The position numbers and the translations under genes were made by a program. Source: Marsupella aquatica (taxonomy: Eukaryota > Plantae > Marchantiophyta). From it: a DNA stretch of 64,000 bases. A model generated the notes under the pieces. The model was given only the letters and a program-made list of their open reading frames with translations. It ran no database searches and had not been told where the DNA came from. Location: contig OZ316896.1 of the NCBI GenBank assembly GCA_973895155.1, forward strand, positions 8,205,539 through 8,269,538. Reading direction: 5' to 3'. Every line of letters starts with the position of its first letter. Within the stretch, counting starts at the first letter, position 1. Of this stretch, positions 16,126-28,909 are shown one piece after another.

Positions 16126-16167
16126 GGCGAATAGGTTGTCATTTCGTGGCAGCTGTTGGTGTTGGAG

Positions 16168-19100
16168 ATGGCCGCGGTTTCAGCTACGATTGTCGGTGCT
16201 GTTCTCGGATCCGTTGCTGCGCGGCAGACGGCTGCAACCCAGGTGTGGATCTCGATCGGAGGCCATAGCGAACGTTCTTTGAGAGATTCGAGGACTGTCC
16301 AGTGCCGGTCCCCCTCCTTTTCGATTTCAGCTGGATTATGGGTGTTCGTATCTACTGTAGTAGAAATGGTCATTCGAGAGAAGGTTTTCTGTGGTCTGCG
16401 TAGAATGCGAACTGCCTCTCTTGAGAATTGACGATGTAAACCCGTTGCTGTTGTCGGAGTTCTTGGGCTCTACTTCTGGAGTTCTGGAGTACCTATGTAG
16501 GAACAGATTGGTCCTTTTTCTTTCCATTTTCTTTCCTTTGTCATTTATATCGTCAGCATTGATTGATTATCTGAGAATCGCAGAGAATTTACGGTGGCAG
16601 TGATGAATTGCGCGCGAGCTCTAGAAATATCGTCTCGTTCGGCCGGGATTTTCAATGGCATCAGCCCCAGGCAAGTATCCATAGGCCAGTCCCGTTCTCA
16701 GTAATCGCTTCTTAATGATTGAGGAAATTGAAGAACACTCCAGAGATATCAATTCTAGGAGGGTTGCAATTTCTTAGAGATAAAATCCAGGTGCAAGCTC
16801 CAATAACTTACCTTGCCAAGCAGAAACGGGGTTCCAGGAATTTTGGAGGGATGGGGATATATATTTGCAACGTTTCAATACTTGCCTCGTGGAAGAAAGT
16901 GTTAAAGTACGGAGAGGGAATCAGGAAACCTGCAGAATGTCGGACACCGGCAGTAGTCCTCAAAATGCGCAAAATTGGCAATCGCCGCGCGCTCGCAATT
17001 TGTTTTGGATAGCCTGTTCCGGGCTGAACAATAGTCCGAAATGCTATGACGTTGAGGACAGTGAACACGCAATGGCTTGTTGAGAACTTGGCTGACTGAA
17101 AAATACGACGGCCAGGACTGATGCGTTTCTCTGTGCTTGCATCATTCCTGTGTATCACCTCATTTAGAAGACATCCGGGTCTTCGTCTCCAACGTCAGAG
17201 ATTTAAGTCAGTGCTCCGAAAGGGCTGATTTGTTTCAGGCAGTTCCTTTGCATTAGATGTAATTGAGTCGAAGTTCACGGAATCCCATCCTTGGCTGAGG
17301 GATAAAGAGATCAAGGCGGAAAGTAGGCCAACAGCGTAACAAATATTCACGAAAAAGGCTCTGCAGCACAAGTATGCAAAAGGAAATAAATGAAGTCTTT
17401 CTCTGCGTTTGCTGTCGTTAGTGATCAATTGGATTGATTCCTACGCGAAATGCACCCTCGTATTCGACATAATCCTTCAAAGCTATTCGGAGTCCAAAGG
17501 AGCTTCAGACAAGGTCTTTAATAAGATAATGTTCTCAGCACATAGATTAGAAAAGTCCTCCGCCATGTCCCATAGCCAGCTGGCAATGCTGACATACGGA
17601 ATCCTCCTGGAATGTGACTTCGTGATCTATTTTTAAGATAAGTTACGGTTTCTTATATGTAGGTGGTGAGATCCTTGCAAAGTCTCGCAATTGCAAGTTT
17701 GTCAAGGAAAAATTTAGTTCGGACGAGATATCGTTCCCTGTCTTGGTATCGATATACTCTCTGTAGCGTCTGCAACGTTTCCACGAAAATTTTAGTACTC
17801 AATAGGAACTGTTGACCTCAGTTTAGTGAACAGTAGGAAGGAAGATGGTCAATGTTGACGTCCTAATCTCAGCTTCCAGAGCGTCTCTGAAACTCGATGA
17901 ATGATGTCGTATCTCAAAAGCCTCATTTGTGACTGACAGTGGCCCTGCAGAGATTTCTCCGCTGTGTAGCAGAAGATGCTGCGGCAGTTCCTCCAGCAGC
18001 TCCTCCAGCAACCGCCAAGCCGACCCCTAAGCCGACCCCTAAAGCAGCTGAACTACCAAAGAAGCCAACTTTCAGCAGTTTGTTCCCTGTTCCAATTGAA
18101 TTTATTTTCTCTCTATTCGATTGATCAATCCAGCTTTGATGTAAACCTTTGGCTTTCATATTTCATTGAATTTTGAAAGATGCATGGAGAGTCCTCAGTT
18201 CTGCTTAAAATCTCTGATTTGCAATCTGACGACAACTTTGGAAATAGAAAACCTGTGTGCAAAGGTTCAATGGTTTTGGTTCCTTTTTCGTTTTTGAGAT
18301 GGACCGAACCGATCTTAGTTTTAGAGACGTCAAGAAAGAAGGTCTTTATTCTTGTTTTCAGATTTCAAAACATATTCCGCCGGAGACTGGACGGTTAGTA
18401 CTTGCTATCTTACGCCTTATGTAAATGTTACTTCGTATTTGACAGTGACCAAGGGCCAAATTGTTCGGGTTGACAAGGAAAAATACTTGAATAGCATAGA
18501 GGTAATGCAATTTTGCTCAACTGCCTCTTGCATTATAGGTGATTCATATGATTTGACAGGAAGAGATTTCTAGTCGAATCATTGTGGTAAAGTTACTACA
18601 CTTACAAAATCAGCTTCATGCCGTGTGCAGTACTATGCATTAGGTCACCCCAAGTTCTTTAAGGGCATAGACTACATTTACGAGGATCGTGGTGAGGTAC
18701 GTGTCTTTTCCAGCAACCATGCCAGCAGGGTCGGTCAATCCTTTGAATTAGTCCTCGTCGATCCCAACCAGGATCAGTAAAGTGGATGAGTTCAAAAGGA
18801 GCTATTCTAACTTTGTTTGTACGAGACCTAGACTCATCTGTCTTTCTCATTCAAGCTTCTTTCTGCAGATATTGGACCTCAGGAATTTCGAGGCTGGCGA
18901 GTATGCTCTGGTAGTAATCTGTGCAAACACTTAGTCAATTTTTTCCTCATACACTTTTGGACGATATGATGCCCTCTCTCCAGTTCTCTGCAAAATCCAT
19001 GTCCACTTTCTTTTACCTGTGCTCCAGAAGCCGGTTCTGTGTTCTGAGAGTGCTAGTCCATCCAGTTCAGACCCTTCTAATTGTTCTGATCATGCTTCCA

Positions 19101-19375
19101 CCAGATCACGTGGGCTGGCATTCCGACAGCACCGGCATGGTTGCCTACATATATGTTGATCAAGGTAATGCTACTAACGAATCTGATTTAAATCAAATTG
19201 CTATAGTCAGAACTATCATAATGTGCTGAGGCTCTGTGTTGTCTGGATTTTCATTTCATCTTATGACTGCCCCTTTGCTTTCAGAGATGAAAGGTGTATG
19301 CCCAGCTCTGTATTACTTAACCCTTCGAAACTGTGGGCCGTGCAGTCCGATAAACTTTCATACAAGCGCCTTTAA
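16168..19375 (+). CDS. NdhO: Chloroplast NDH complex subunit O precursor
   Basis: Exons ending 18077, then 18446-18501, 18631-18696, 18869-18910, 19105-19164 and 19346-19375 give KKPTFSMTKGQIVRVDKEKYLNSIEYYALGHPKFFKGIDYIYEDRGEILDLRNFEAGEYALITWAGIPTAPAWLPTYMLIKSDKLSYKRL*, matching plant NdhO. Probable first exon 16168-16242 (MAAVSAT..., transit-peptide-like); exons between 16243 and 17940 are unresolved. Confidence 0.92.
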
Positions 19376-20206
19376 TGTCCATTGAATGTTAAGCAAGCGT
19401 TTGACTGTTGTGTCAGTTAACACCGTAAATGTTCAAGAGATTCTAGTCAAACTTTGGGGTAGAGAAAGTGTCTAGCAGCCTTCTGACAGGTGAACCAATT
19501 TATTTCACGCTGTTTAGATTTCGCTGTGGATGTTCAAACCATGTATAGTATTTGTAAAATGGTAGGCAATTTGGAGATTTGGGAGTTGTAAACTGATCAA
19601 CGTCAGGACCCTGAAAGTTGGGGGGGGGGGGGGGGGTGTTCCTTCTCAACTTAAGGTATAGCAGATGCAGCGAAGGAAAGTCAGCAGCACAACTAGCTTA
19701 TTTTACAGCTCTTAATTGGCAGCATTAATTAGGTCTGAAGACACCGGAAATTAGCTATGATGCTGTTTACCTCTTTTAAGTCGGCAACATTCTTTGTATA
19801 TGGAGGACCCTTGAAGGCTTTGTGGACGAAACTTTATGTGGAGTTCAAGATTGAAGTCCCATTCTACACCCACATGCACAACTGAAAAGGATCTCTCCAT
19901 GGCTTGGGTGTGCTGTCCATGTCAAGTCAGGCCACGTCAACTAGAGAATGTGATTAAACGATGCAATTTTCAAAGAAGTTGAAATAGATTTGAGGGGCTA
20001 TTATCGACCTTTGGGGTGAAGAACAGAGGAATATCACATTGTTATAGTTTAGGATCTTCTAGTCAATTTGTAGGCATATGGTTGGATTAATCAAAGCCGA
20101 AGGGAGGACTGGGACGCTCGAGCATCAGGCCAATGGGAACTGCAAGAATTGCCATTCAAACAGTAGCGTCTATCTAAATCAACTGTAATAACTCCCCTGC
20201 CAATGG

Positions 20207-20348
20207 ACTACAACAGTTTTTTGAGAGAGTTTAATAATAGTGGCCAATTTTGGGGTAGTTGATTCTTGGATGGAACGGGACTACTACAGTTTTGTGAGAG
20301 TTCAATAATAGTGGCCAATTTTGGGGTAGTTGATTCTTGGATGGAACG
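20207..20348. repeat. About 70-bp tandem duplication
   Basis: AATAATAGTGGCCAATTTTGGGGTAGTTGATTCTTGGATGGAACG occurs twice. Confidence 0.9.
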
Positions 20349-20576
20349 CAACGTTTAATTTCCAGACTATGATGGACACTTAGACATCCAAAACAATGGA
20401 CACTTGTACAAAAGAAGGTTGCCATCTGAGTACAAATTAAGGTTTCAGATTGGTCCATGCAAGTTGCAGTGGTCCATCAAGACATCTGATCATATGTGGT
20501 GGTCCATCTTATATAAGGGGATTGATTGGCTGGGACGTTAACGAGTTCAGACTGATCCATGTCATCAGAGCGAATT

Positions 20577-20688
20577 GACCTCCCAGTTGAGTAACTTAAC
20601 AACATGGTCATGCATCTTATATAATATGGGGAGACCTCCCAGTTGAGTAACTTAACAACATGGTCATGCGGCTTATATAATATGGGGA
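20577..20688. repeat. 56-bp tandem duplication within an older, larger repeat
   Basis: GACCTCCCAGTTGAGTAACTTAACAACATGGTCATGC...TATGGGGA occurs twice; diverged related sequence flanks it (20500-20770). Confidence 0.9.
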
Positions 20689-22896
20689 TCGGCTAGGACA
20701 CGAAAGGCAGTTCAGACAATCCATGGCATCAAAACAAATTGACCTCACCAGTTAAGGAACACAACATCCAAACTAGTAAAGGTGAGTTTAACTGTTGTGC
20801 AAATAACTACAAGAGTCATTCAAAATAGCGACAAATAGATCAATTATTTAAGAACAGGACCCATGCTGACTTGACTAGGGCTTTTCATGTCTTTCATCGG
20901 ACAAACAGTTCCCAATTTGTTTTATCAGTGGTCTTGGTTCATGAAGTTGTCCATCTGCGCATTAATTTCCTTTCCCCAATCTAAATCCACCCATGCATAT
21001 TGACCACAGTCAGAAGGGAACTGGGGGAGGGCGTGCCTGGAGTGCAGAGCTGATGAACTAACCAGGTCGGTCCTGTGGGACAGGTTTGGTCAACAGCGCA
21101 TCAGAACTGGCTCAGAGGTTAAAGTGACTACTGTTACGGATGCAAGCTCTGTGGGCACGGGCAGAGACATAATTAATGTCATTCAGTATTAATGCATACA
21201 CCTGTCCAAGTCCATCAGGCTTTCATGCTGACTATGTGCCCTCCCCTTTACTGTACACCGTCGGATGCTTGTACACCGTCAGATTTCTGCCCGTAGACTA
21301 AGCCAGTGACATCCAGCAGATTGTGACGGCTGATCTTCCCGGGATTAACATTTGGTCCGTTGATGTTTTCTAGGTATTCCTGTGACCATTTAGGTTCATT
21401 TATTATTGGAAAGGACCTGCGTCTCAATCCACAATGTCGATATTGCTCGTGCTTACTTGTCTGATTTTGCTTCCCATCACTCATGAGCTGCTCCTCGCAA
21501 AGAATGATTGCAGAACTGGAGGAGGATAGGGGAGCAATGCAACCATAGCCGCAAACTCAAAATGTAACCTGAGCTACTAACTAAGGTTAAAATCTTTGAA
21601 AATTTTCAAAAAGTTATTTTGGTCTATTGTGGTACACAAAATGTTTCGTCCAACGTTGGATTCCGGTAAAAAATTGATGCATCGTTGTTGGTTTCGTGAG
21701 TCGCTTTTTTACTAAAGAGGCCCGAGTCATCCAGGGTTAAGCAGGTTTACGGATAGGTTTAAAACTAAGATTGAATCTATCCATTGGTACCAAGGTGGGA
21801 CCCGTAGTCCGTCAAGGCAGGTTTACACAAAGGGGTCAATCAAGAAGATACCTCGGTCCTTTTGTGCTCATCATCCTTCGGAATTGTCCGTCTGTCCCCT
21901 CTAAGATGCTGTCTGACTGTTCACATTTCAAAGGCTTGGCAGATTTCAGAATTGGCGTTTCTGGGTAGAAAGGATCGCCTTCTCGGAATTCTTATGAGCC
22001 GACTTAGGCATTCAGATTGGGTTGAATCAATTGGGCTCCTGCCGTTGAGTGCCGGTTGAGCCCCGGTGTCGATGGATTGGAGGGGAGATCAGGACGGATG
22101 AGGACTGGGTGAGAATGATGATGTCCACGGTGGATGAGACTCGAGGCGATGGAGTGTCCAGCGAAACGGACAAGTTTTAAAGGCGAAACAGACTGCAGAG
22201 GGACGGAGTGTGGAAGCTCGGTTGGTTCACTGTTCTGTCTGTCTCTCGTGTTTTCATCCGGTTGTATCTATCCGGTTACGCCCTGTAAATAATGGTTGCA
22301 CCCCATGCACCGGCAGTGATGATTGTCCCTGGATGTCACCCAGCCGGTTATGAGACGGTTCTTCTCATTGCTGATTGCCCTCGCCCACATGTTGGGACGA
22401 GTTTACACAGTAGTACCCGCTTGGCACCTAGCTTTGAACAATGTCCATCTCTGCTCTTGAATATCAACGACACTTCATCGCTGCTTTTACTCCTTGTGTT
22501 GTCGTGCAACTCATCGTTCCGACTCCGCTATCCCCTTTCAAGCTCCGCCAACGATGACAATTAACGGAGGTTTGTATTTGCCCTTGCAGATTTGCGGGTT
22601 AGTGTGTCTGTTTACTAGTCAGCTTGTTTGTGTCTGTATTGCAGGCTTTCGCAGCTTGGAAGACTGTAATAAAAACGATTTTGGTGGAATTTTGGTAGTC
22701 CCTGTTTGTGATTAGAGTGATTGCTGAGGCCATTTGGGGTGGGGGGGGAGAGAATTCCCCTTCATTCAAGGATTTTTGTTTTGTGGGGCGTCTTATGTTT
22801 GGACGATAGCGAGGTTGCCGGCAGATGTGTTGATTCTCGAGATCGATTCTCAGCCGATTTCTACTAGGTTTTTTACTAGCACCTATGTTGTGATCG

Positions 22897-24497
22897 ATGG
22901 ATCTGGATGTTGATGATGGGGTCACGGATCGTGCAGCGGGGGACGAGGAGTCAAGCGCGCATCTTCTGTCCATCCCGTCAGATTTGAGCTCCAAGTGGAG
23001 TAGGGCCAAGGTCAGCATAGAGGGCCTGGACAGATATGCAGATGAGGGAACGCGTATTCTCTTCAGTGTTTCCTTCGAAATTAAAGCTGGGGAAGTGATG
23101 GCCATCATCGGCCCAAGTGGCAGCGGCAAGTCCACCATTTTGCGAGCCATCAATCGTCTCTGGGAGCCTCCGGCTGGAACAATTTTCGTGGACGGGCAGG
23201 ACATCACGAAAAATGATGTGCTAGCTGTGCGGAGAAAATGTGGAATGCTCTTCCAGACACCCCTACTCTTCGAAGGTGAATGGCTTTCTCGCGCTTAGGC
23301 TTCTGATTTTCAACCTGGCAGTCTGTCTGAACAGTCTTCATACCTAGCAGCTGATTATGCTAGTAAAACTCTTGCTTCGGATGGACAAATCTCAATGAAG
23401 ATCTCAATCTCCCTCTTATCATAAAATCTAACATTTTATTCTTTCATTGTTGAGGGTGACTGCACGGATGCCCTTGGTTCTCTCCTCGAGCGCTTGGGAC
23501 CAATATGTACTCAAGGAAACTACTGTAAATATTGATTAACATGCTACTGATGTGGATACGGCAGGCACGGTAGCTGACAATATAAGGTATGGCCCTAGCC
23601 TGGAGGGTAAGACCCTCACCATGGAAGAGATCGAGGGCCTCTTGATGCTGGCGGACTTGGAGCCAACCTTTGCTAGCAAATCAATTATTGGTTTAAGTGT
23701 TGGCCAAGCTCAGCGGGTTGCTCTAGCGCGGACTCTTGCAAATAACCCAGAGGTAATTTCATATCTTCTTGTCGTTCCAAGCTAAGGAGATGCAGTAGGA
23801 TGTAAAGAGGAAACACGCTTAGGCTTTTCGTACTTCGACTTGCACAAAGTGACAGTAACACAGAGTGAATGATCACGGAACTTCTTACGTCCTGATGGTA
23901 TCCACCGGATGCGATCAAATATTTCTACCTGGGCGAGATTTAGCATGCCATCTTTACAAGCTTTTCGTACTTCGACTTGCACAAAGTGACAGTAACACAG
24001 AGTGAATGATCACGGAACTTCTTACGTCCTGATGGTATCCACCGGATGCGATCAAATATTTCTACCTGGGCGAGATTTAGCATGCCATCTTTACAAGAAG
24101 GTGAATTGCAAACGTGTTGTCAGTGGGTTCTAATGTCTCAAAGTGGAAATTAATTTACACCAGATTGTACTGTCAGATATTAGAATTGGGAGCCGTTTCT
24201 GGGCTGCTGACATTCATTTACCCATCTGTTGTGCAGATTCTCTTGTTGGACGAACCGACCAGCGCTCTGGATCCCGTTTCTACAAGACATATTGAAGAGA
24301 CAGTGACAAAGCTGTCACGCACTCGAGGGCTGACTGTAATCATCGTATCTCACAGTCTAGACCAGGTTCGTCGCATCGCGGATACGGTATGCCTGGTAGC
24401 TGCCGGACAGGTTCTAGAAGTATTGAAACCAGGTGAGCTCGACCACGCACAGCACCCCGTTGTGAGGGAATTCATTGCTGCATCATCCCAAGCTTGA
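22897..24497 (+). CDS. ABCI17: Stand-alone ABC ATPase of the ABCI17/NAP3/STAR1 type, 3 exons, 275 aa
   Basis: Exons 22897-23275, 23565-23752 and 24237-24497. Walker A GPSGSGKST, RAINRLWEPP, Q-loop GMLFQ, signature LSVGQAQRVALARTLAN, Walker B LLLDEPTSALDP, H-loop VSH. Confidence 0.93.
23823..24096. repeat. Perfect 137-bp tandem duplication in ABCI17 intron 2
   Basis: Unit GCTTTTCGTACTTCGAC...CATCTTTACAA starts at 23823 and at 23960. Confidence 0.95.
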
Positions 24498-26567
24498 GGG
24501 ATCCTCATCTTACTGTGAAGTAATTATAACGGGTAGGTGCGAGATCGTGAGGATTAGATCTGGCCCATTCATTGGTCATTCTGTTCGATGTGAACGTTAC
24601 CTCGATGATGTAGTTTCTACTTGTCTCCGTGCATCAAGGAAACAAGTGGTCACTTTATGAATGCCACCGGCTGTTTCTCTTGGAATTGGAAATCGACTCC
24701 TACGTCGGTTTTAGCATGCTTTGCTCTTGCTGCGACAATCGAGAGACGATTCAATTACAAAAATGGGGATGGGGTGGTTAAAAAACTCGATAGCTGGAGC
24801 TGTAACTTCAAATTTGTGACAGAACTTGCTACGGAGGGGATTTTGCACCGTTCAGTCTTGCAGAAGTGTCAGGGCAACTCTCATTCTTATGAGCTTGGGC
24901 TCTTGGATGATTTTGTGGAGGCAACGATTAAGGGCTGTGATCACTGATGTGCTGGTACGTTCAGTCTCACTTTGCGGCGGAGGAGGCACAATGGATTGCT
25001 TTAGGGAATGACGGACTCACCGGCATTACTGAGTTGCTCGGAAGCAAGCAGCGACCCTAAATTGTTACTCTGCAGTGGTGAATTTGGGCTCTTGATGACT
25101 GTTTCCTATTGGGGAGAATAAACAAGCATTCTTCTGAACTGATGTTCAGTTTAGAAAATACATTATTCAAGTTTCTACAATTTGGTACTTGTTCAGTAGC
25201 GTACCTGCCTGGTGACGAATGTTGCCACGGTCTACCTGGACTTCAGCACTTGTCACGGTTTCTATGAACAATGCGAAGGTGAATTTAGCGGGAGATGCAT
25301 GCTGGTAATCAAAGCAGTTTGAGCATTGGATGGTGATATGTTCTTCTATAGTAGGAACCGTGGTTCAGTACCAATTTTTAATGGAGATACATATCTGAAC
25401 ACCTATGCCATCGTTTCTGTGTCGCCCATTGGGGATAAGTTTGGAATCTACGGATCAGTTGTGGCCGGAGTCGTATTGATTGGGCTGAATGCTAGACGAG
25501 ATGATATACCTTCGTTTCTTGTAGTCATACGCATTCGCAAGCACTGGCGGTGCTCTTGTTGTAATATCATGTGACATTGTGCAAATGGATGTTGAGTCTC
25601 GAGCTCTATATGAAGCAATCACAGTCTGACTCATGCAATCTCCAGTCAGTTCTTTACAAAATTCGGTTAGAGAAACACGTCGCATTTCAAGCCATGAACA
25701 TCTTCGGACTCTTCCACCCGTGATCAGAAGATGCAGAGTTAGCTACTTTCCAAGAGAACGGTTCTCATGCACTGACGGCTTTAGTAATCGTATTTCCACG
25801 CTTTCACCCAATTTGAATTATGCATTCTTCAGAACTTCTGTCGAATATTCCACGCATCGTTTGAGACGTCGGTCATATTTCAAGCTAAGTCACTCACAGT
25901 TTGAGGTACTGTAAGGAAACTTCCAATCTTGGCGCAACATCTTCCCTGAGAACCCAAGGAAATGGACCATGGCATGATAAACTTTACTCGGAACCATGTG
26001 CTAGCACTCCAACCAGGCATTAGGAGGGCCCTTACATTCCTTCCAAGCTGATCCATTTGGTGGCCTTCCGGAGTATCGCCTGCACACTTTTTGCACTCGG
26101 AGAAAGCCACATTCTTAGTAGATTTCTTCTCTACAATCAACATGTCAATGCCGTCAAAATCTAAACATTGTAGGTCTCAATTATGGTCGTAAAACTACCA
26201 CAACTTCACACAGAAGGAGTCTCCGAAATAACTATTGTACTCTCTCCCCACTAGAGAAACTGGATATGAATCTGACCAGTGTGCTTGATCCTCACCCCAA
26301 TCAAGGACAGTATCCAACAGCAATTTTTTATGGTGAAAATTCGCCAAGTTCTGCATTGGGAATGTAGGGCTACGTAAGCAAAGGGAACTTTTGAATCTTT
26401 TTTTGAAAAATTAGCAGAATACTGAGGTGCCAGTCCTGAAGGGTTGAAGGGTGACCATGTGGGCTCGCCAGTCCCTCTCAACTTCTCAAGCCACTGCCAC
26501 TGTTGGGCTTGTCGCCAGTGTTCTACGACAGAATTGTATTTGATCGCCAGTGTCCTATGACAAAAGT

Positions 26568-26967
26568 GTACTTTATCAGCACTTTATCAGCACCTCCTGC
26601 TCACATACCTATGTATTGGGAATTGACTAAAATGTACTTTATCCAGCACCTCCTGCTCACATACCTATGTATTGGGAATTGACTAAAATGTACTTTATCC
26701 AGCACCTCCTGCTCACATACCTGTGCATTGAGCTAGGGCAAAAATGTACTTTATCTGGCACCTCCTGCTACCTATGTATTGGGCTAGGACAATAATGTAT
26801 TTTATCAGCACCTGCTGCTCACATACCTATGTATCGGGCTATGTACCAGGTGTGCAAACATACCTGTGTATTGGGCTATGTACCAGGTGTGCACACATAC
26901 CTGTGTACTGGGCTAAATACTAGGTGTATTGACATACCTGTGTACTGGGCTAAGTACTAGGTGTATT
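26568..26967. repeat. Minisatellite: about 56-bp units grading into about 38-bp units
   Basis: TGTACTTTATCCAGCACCTCCTGCTCACATACCTATGTATTGGG repeated about 5 times, then ACATACCTGTGTA(T/C)TGGGCTA...CCAGGTGT about 4 times. Confidence 0.9.
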
Positions 26968-28501
26968 CAATTCCTTACACAAAATTAATTTACAATCAAA
27001 GGCTAACATTGCTTTGATATTTAGGTCAGGTGTCTCTTATCTGGCCGGAATTATCCTCTCTTATTCTTCTTAGAGGATCTGGCTCAAATTTGCCAAAAGC
27101 TCTCCCAAGGCTTGTTGCCGCACAATTCTTATAGTTGGATATGACTGCTCGCCAAAAACATACCTTGGGTGGGCAAGAGGTCACGACCCCTCCTGAGGCA
27201 TCAAACCATGAGGTTGCCACCTCTTCTTAGGCAAGCCAATGGGCAGTCGCCACAGTGGCTACTTGCCCCAGACCATAAAATAAACTCTATATTATCCAAT
27301 GCAAAATTTGGCCAGAGTATCTCAATTTGCAACCAACCACTGTGGTCGTCTAGGTTAGACTGTACGTTCTAGAACTGTTGGTTGGAAATTTAGGTAAATT
27401 TACCAAACACCATTATTTTACCAAAATTTACCAGTTAATTTTTCCTAACTGACTAACATCCTAACATCCTAACCACATTTACCATAACTAAATTTACCAA
27501 ACCACCATTTACCAAAATTTACCAAAACACCATTTGAAGTTCTCAAAGTTAGAAAGTGGTCTTTATTAATGGGATGGAAACATTTTCATTCCGAGGAGAT
27601 TTGTATGGCACTCTACACACACACACACATAGTGGGAGAGGGGCTTCACTCACAATAGTTTGTGTAGACTAGAGACTGCACTTTGTGTGAGTGACAAGCT
27701 TGGCATCTGACCTGTTGCAACCTGTCCACCTCCTCTCTACTCGCCATCTTCTGTGCCAATCATCTCTCATGCAACAATGCTTCCCCTCTCCACCCGCACT
27801 ACCCAATTTTTATCTCTCCTTTCAACTCACCACCTTTTTGACCCAACTTCTTGCCCCTCCTCACAAGATTTCTCCACAGACCTTAATTTTTGAACAGAAT
27901 GCAGGTTATTGGCCGGTGTGTAACCATTTGTGGAGGTACTTGCTATTCCCATAATCTCTTGCCCGAAAGTAACCTTTTCCAGACAGTAATTACGCACTGT
28001 GATGAAGATTGGGCGTGGGTTTTAGCCTGAACCTGGCTCCACAAAAGCTCAAAAAAGCTTCCCGACTGCCGCCAATAAGGTTTTCCTCTCTCTGGTCACA
28101 GGGCTGCAGGCTAGTAACCCCAGACCTCACAGCCATTATCCTATACCTAAAATACCTCCCCATACACTATCTTCTGTTGGGACCATCTCACATATCAATG
28201 ACACAGATTCCATGCATTAATTACATGGGTGACATTGAGTCTCAAAGCTTGGAATGTATGGATGATCACATTTTGTCATAAAGAATAGGTCATAATTTTT
28301 TCACAAGATTGTAAAAGTTTTTTGTTTTGTTTTCCTTTAGCCTCTAGAGTGACTAATGGTTATGGCATAAGACCAATCCTTATGACATAAAATTATAGAC
28401 TATGAATTGTGTAGTCCATAACTTTTTGTGTCCATAATCCATAACTATGGAATTAAGGTACATCAAATTGCCAGCTTTGACATGCCCTAGTACTCCTTAC
28501 C

Positions 28502-28571
28502 ATGGGTCCCTAGGTGCTTTAAACCCTTGTGACAATGGGTCCCTAGGTGCTTTAAACCCTCGTGACAATGG
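28502..28571. repeat. Short tandem duplication (period about 33 bp) upstream of RECQ2
   Basis: ATGGGTCCCTAGGTGCTTTAAACCCT(T/C)GTGACA occurs twice. Confidence 0.9.
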
Positions 28572-28909
28572 GAACGAAGAAATGACATCGCACATGTTCG
28601 TGACAGCGTCCTATCTGTCCGTTAGAGTTGAATTCGACATAGGCTAATTGAATGGGCCAGGACGGAATTAGACAATCACAGATCCTTCAGAAGAGAGTAC
28701 CATTGTCCTGTAGAGGAGAATTCGAAACAGACTGAGACCTTTAATTTCCTGCTAAGTAGACGAATGAACTTGGAGTGTTTTGAGACTGGAGTCCTAGTAC
28801 TGAGGAATGGCGGTCGCGCATCTCTTTACAATCCAAGAAGACAATAGTGTCATGTGCTTTGCTTTGCTTGTACTTGCCCTCTGAGGCGTTTGGAAATTGA
28901 GAGCACGAA

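Noticed and set aside
19620-19636. G17 run (and the C run near 40370-40388) as functional G-quadruplex elements
   Set aside because: Simple homopolymers with no supporting context.
22599-23207. 202-aa minus-strand ORF
   Set aside because: Antisense shadow of ABCI17 exon 1.
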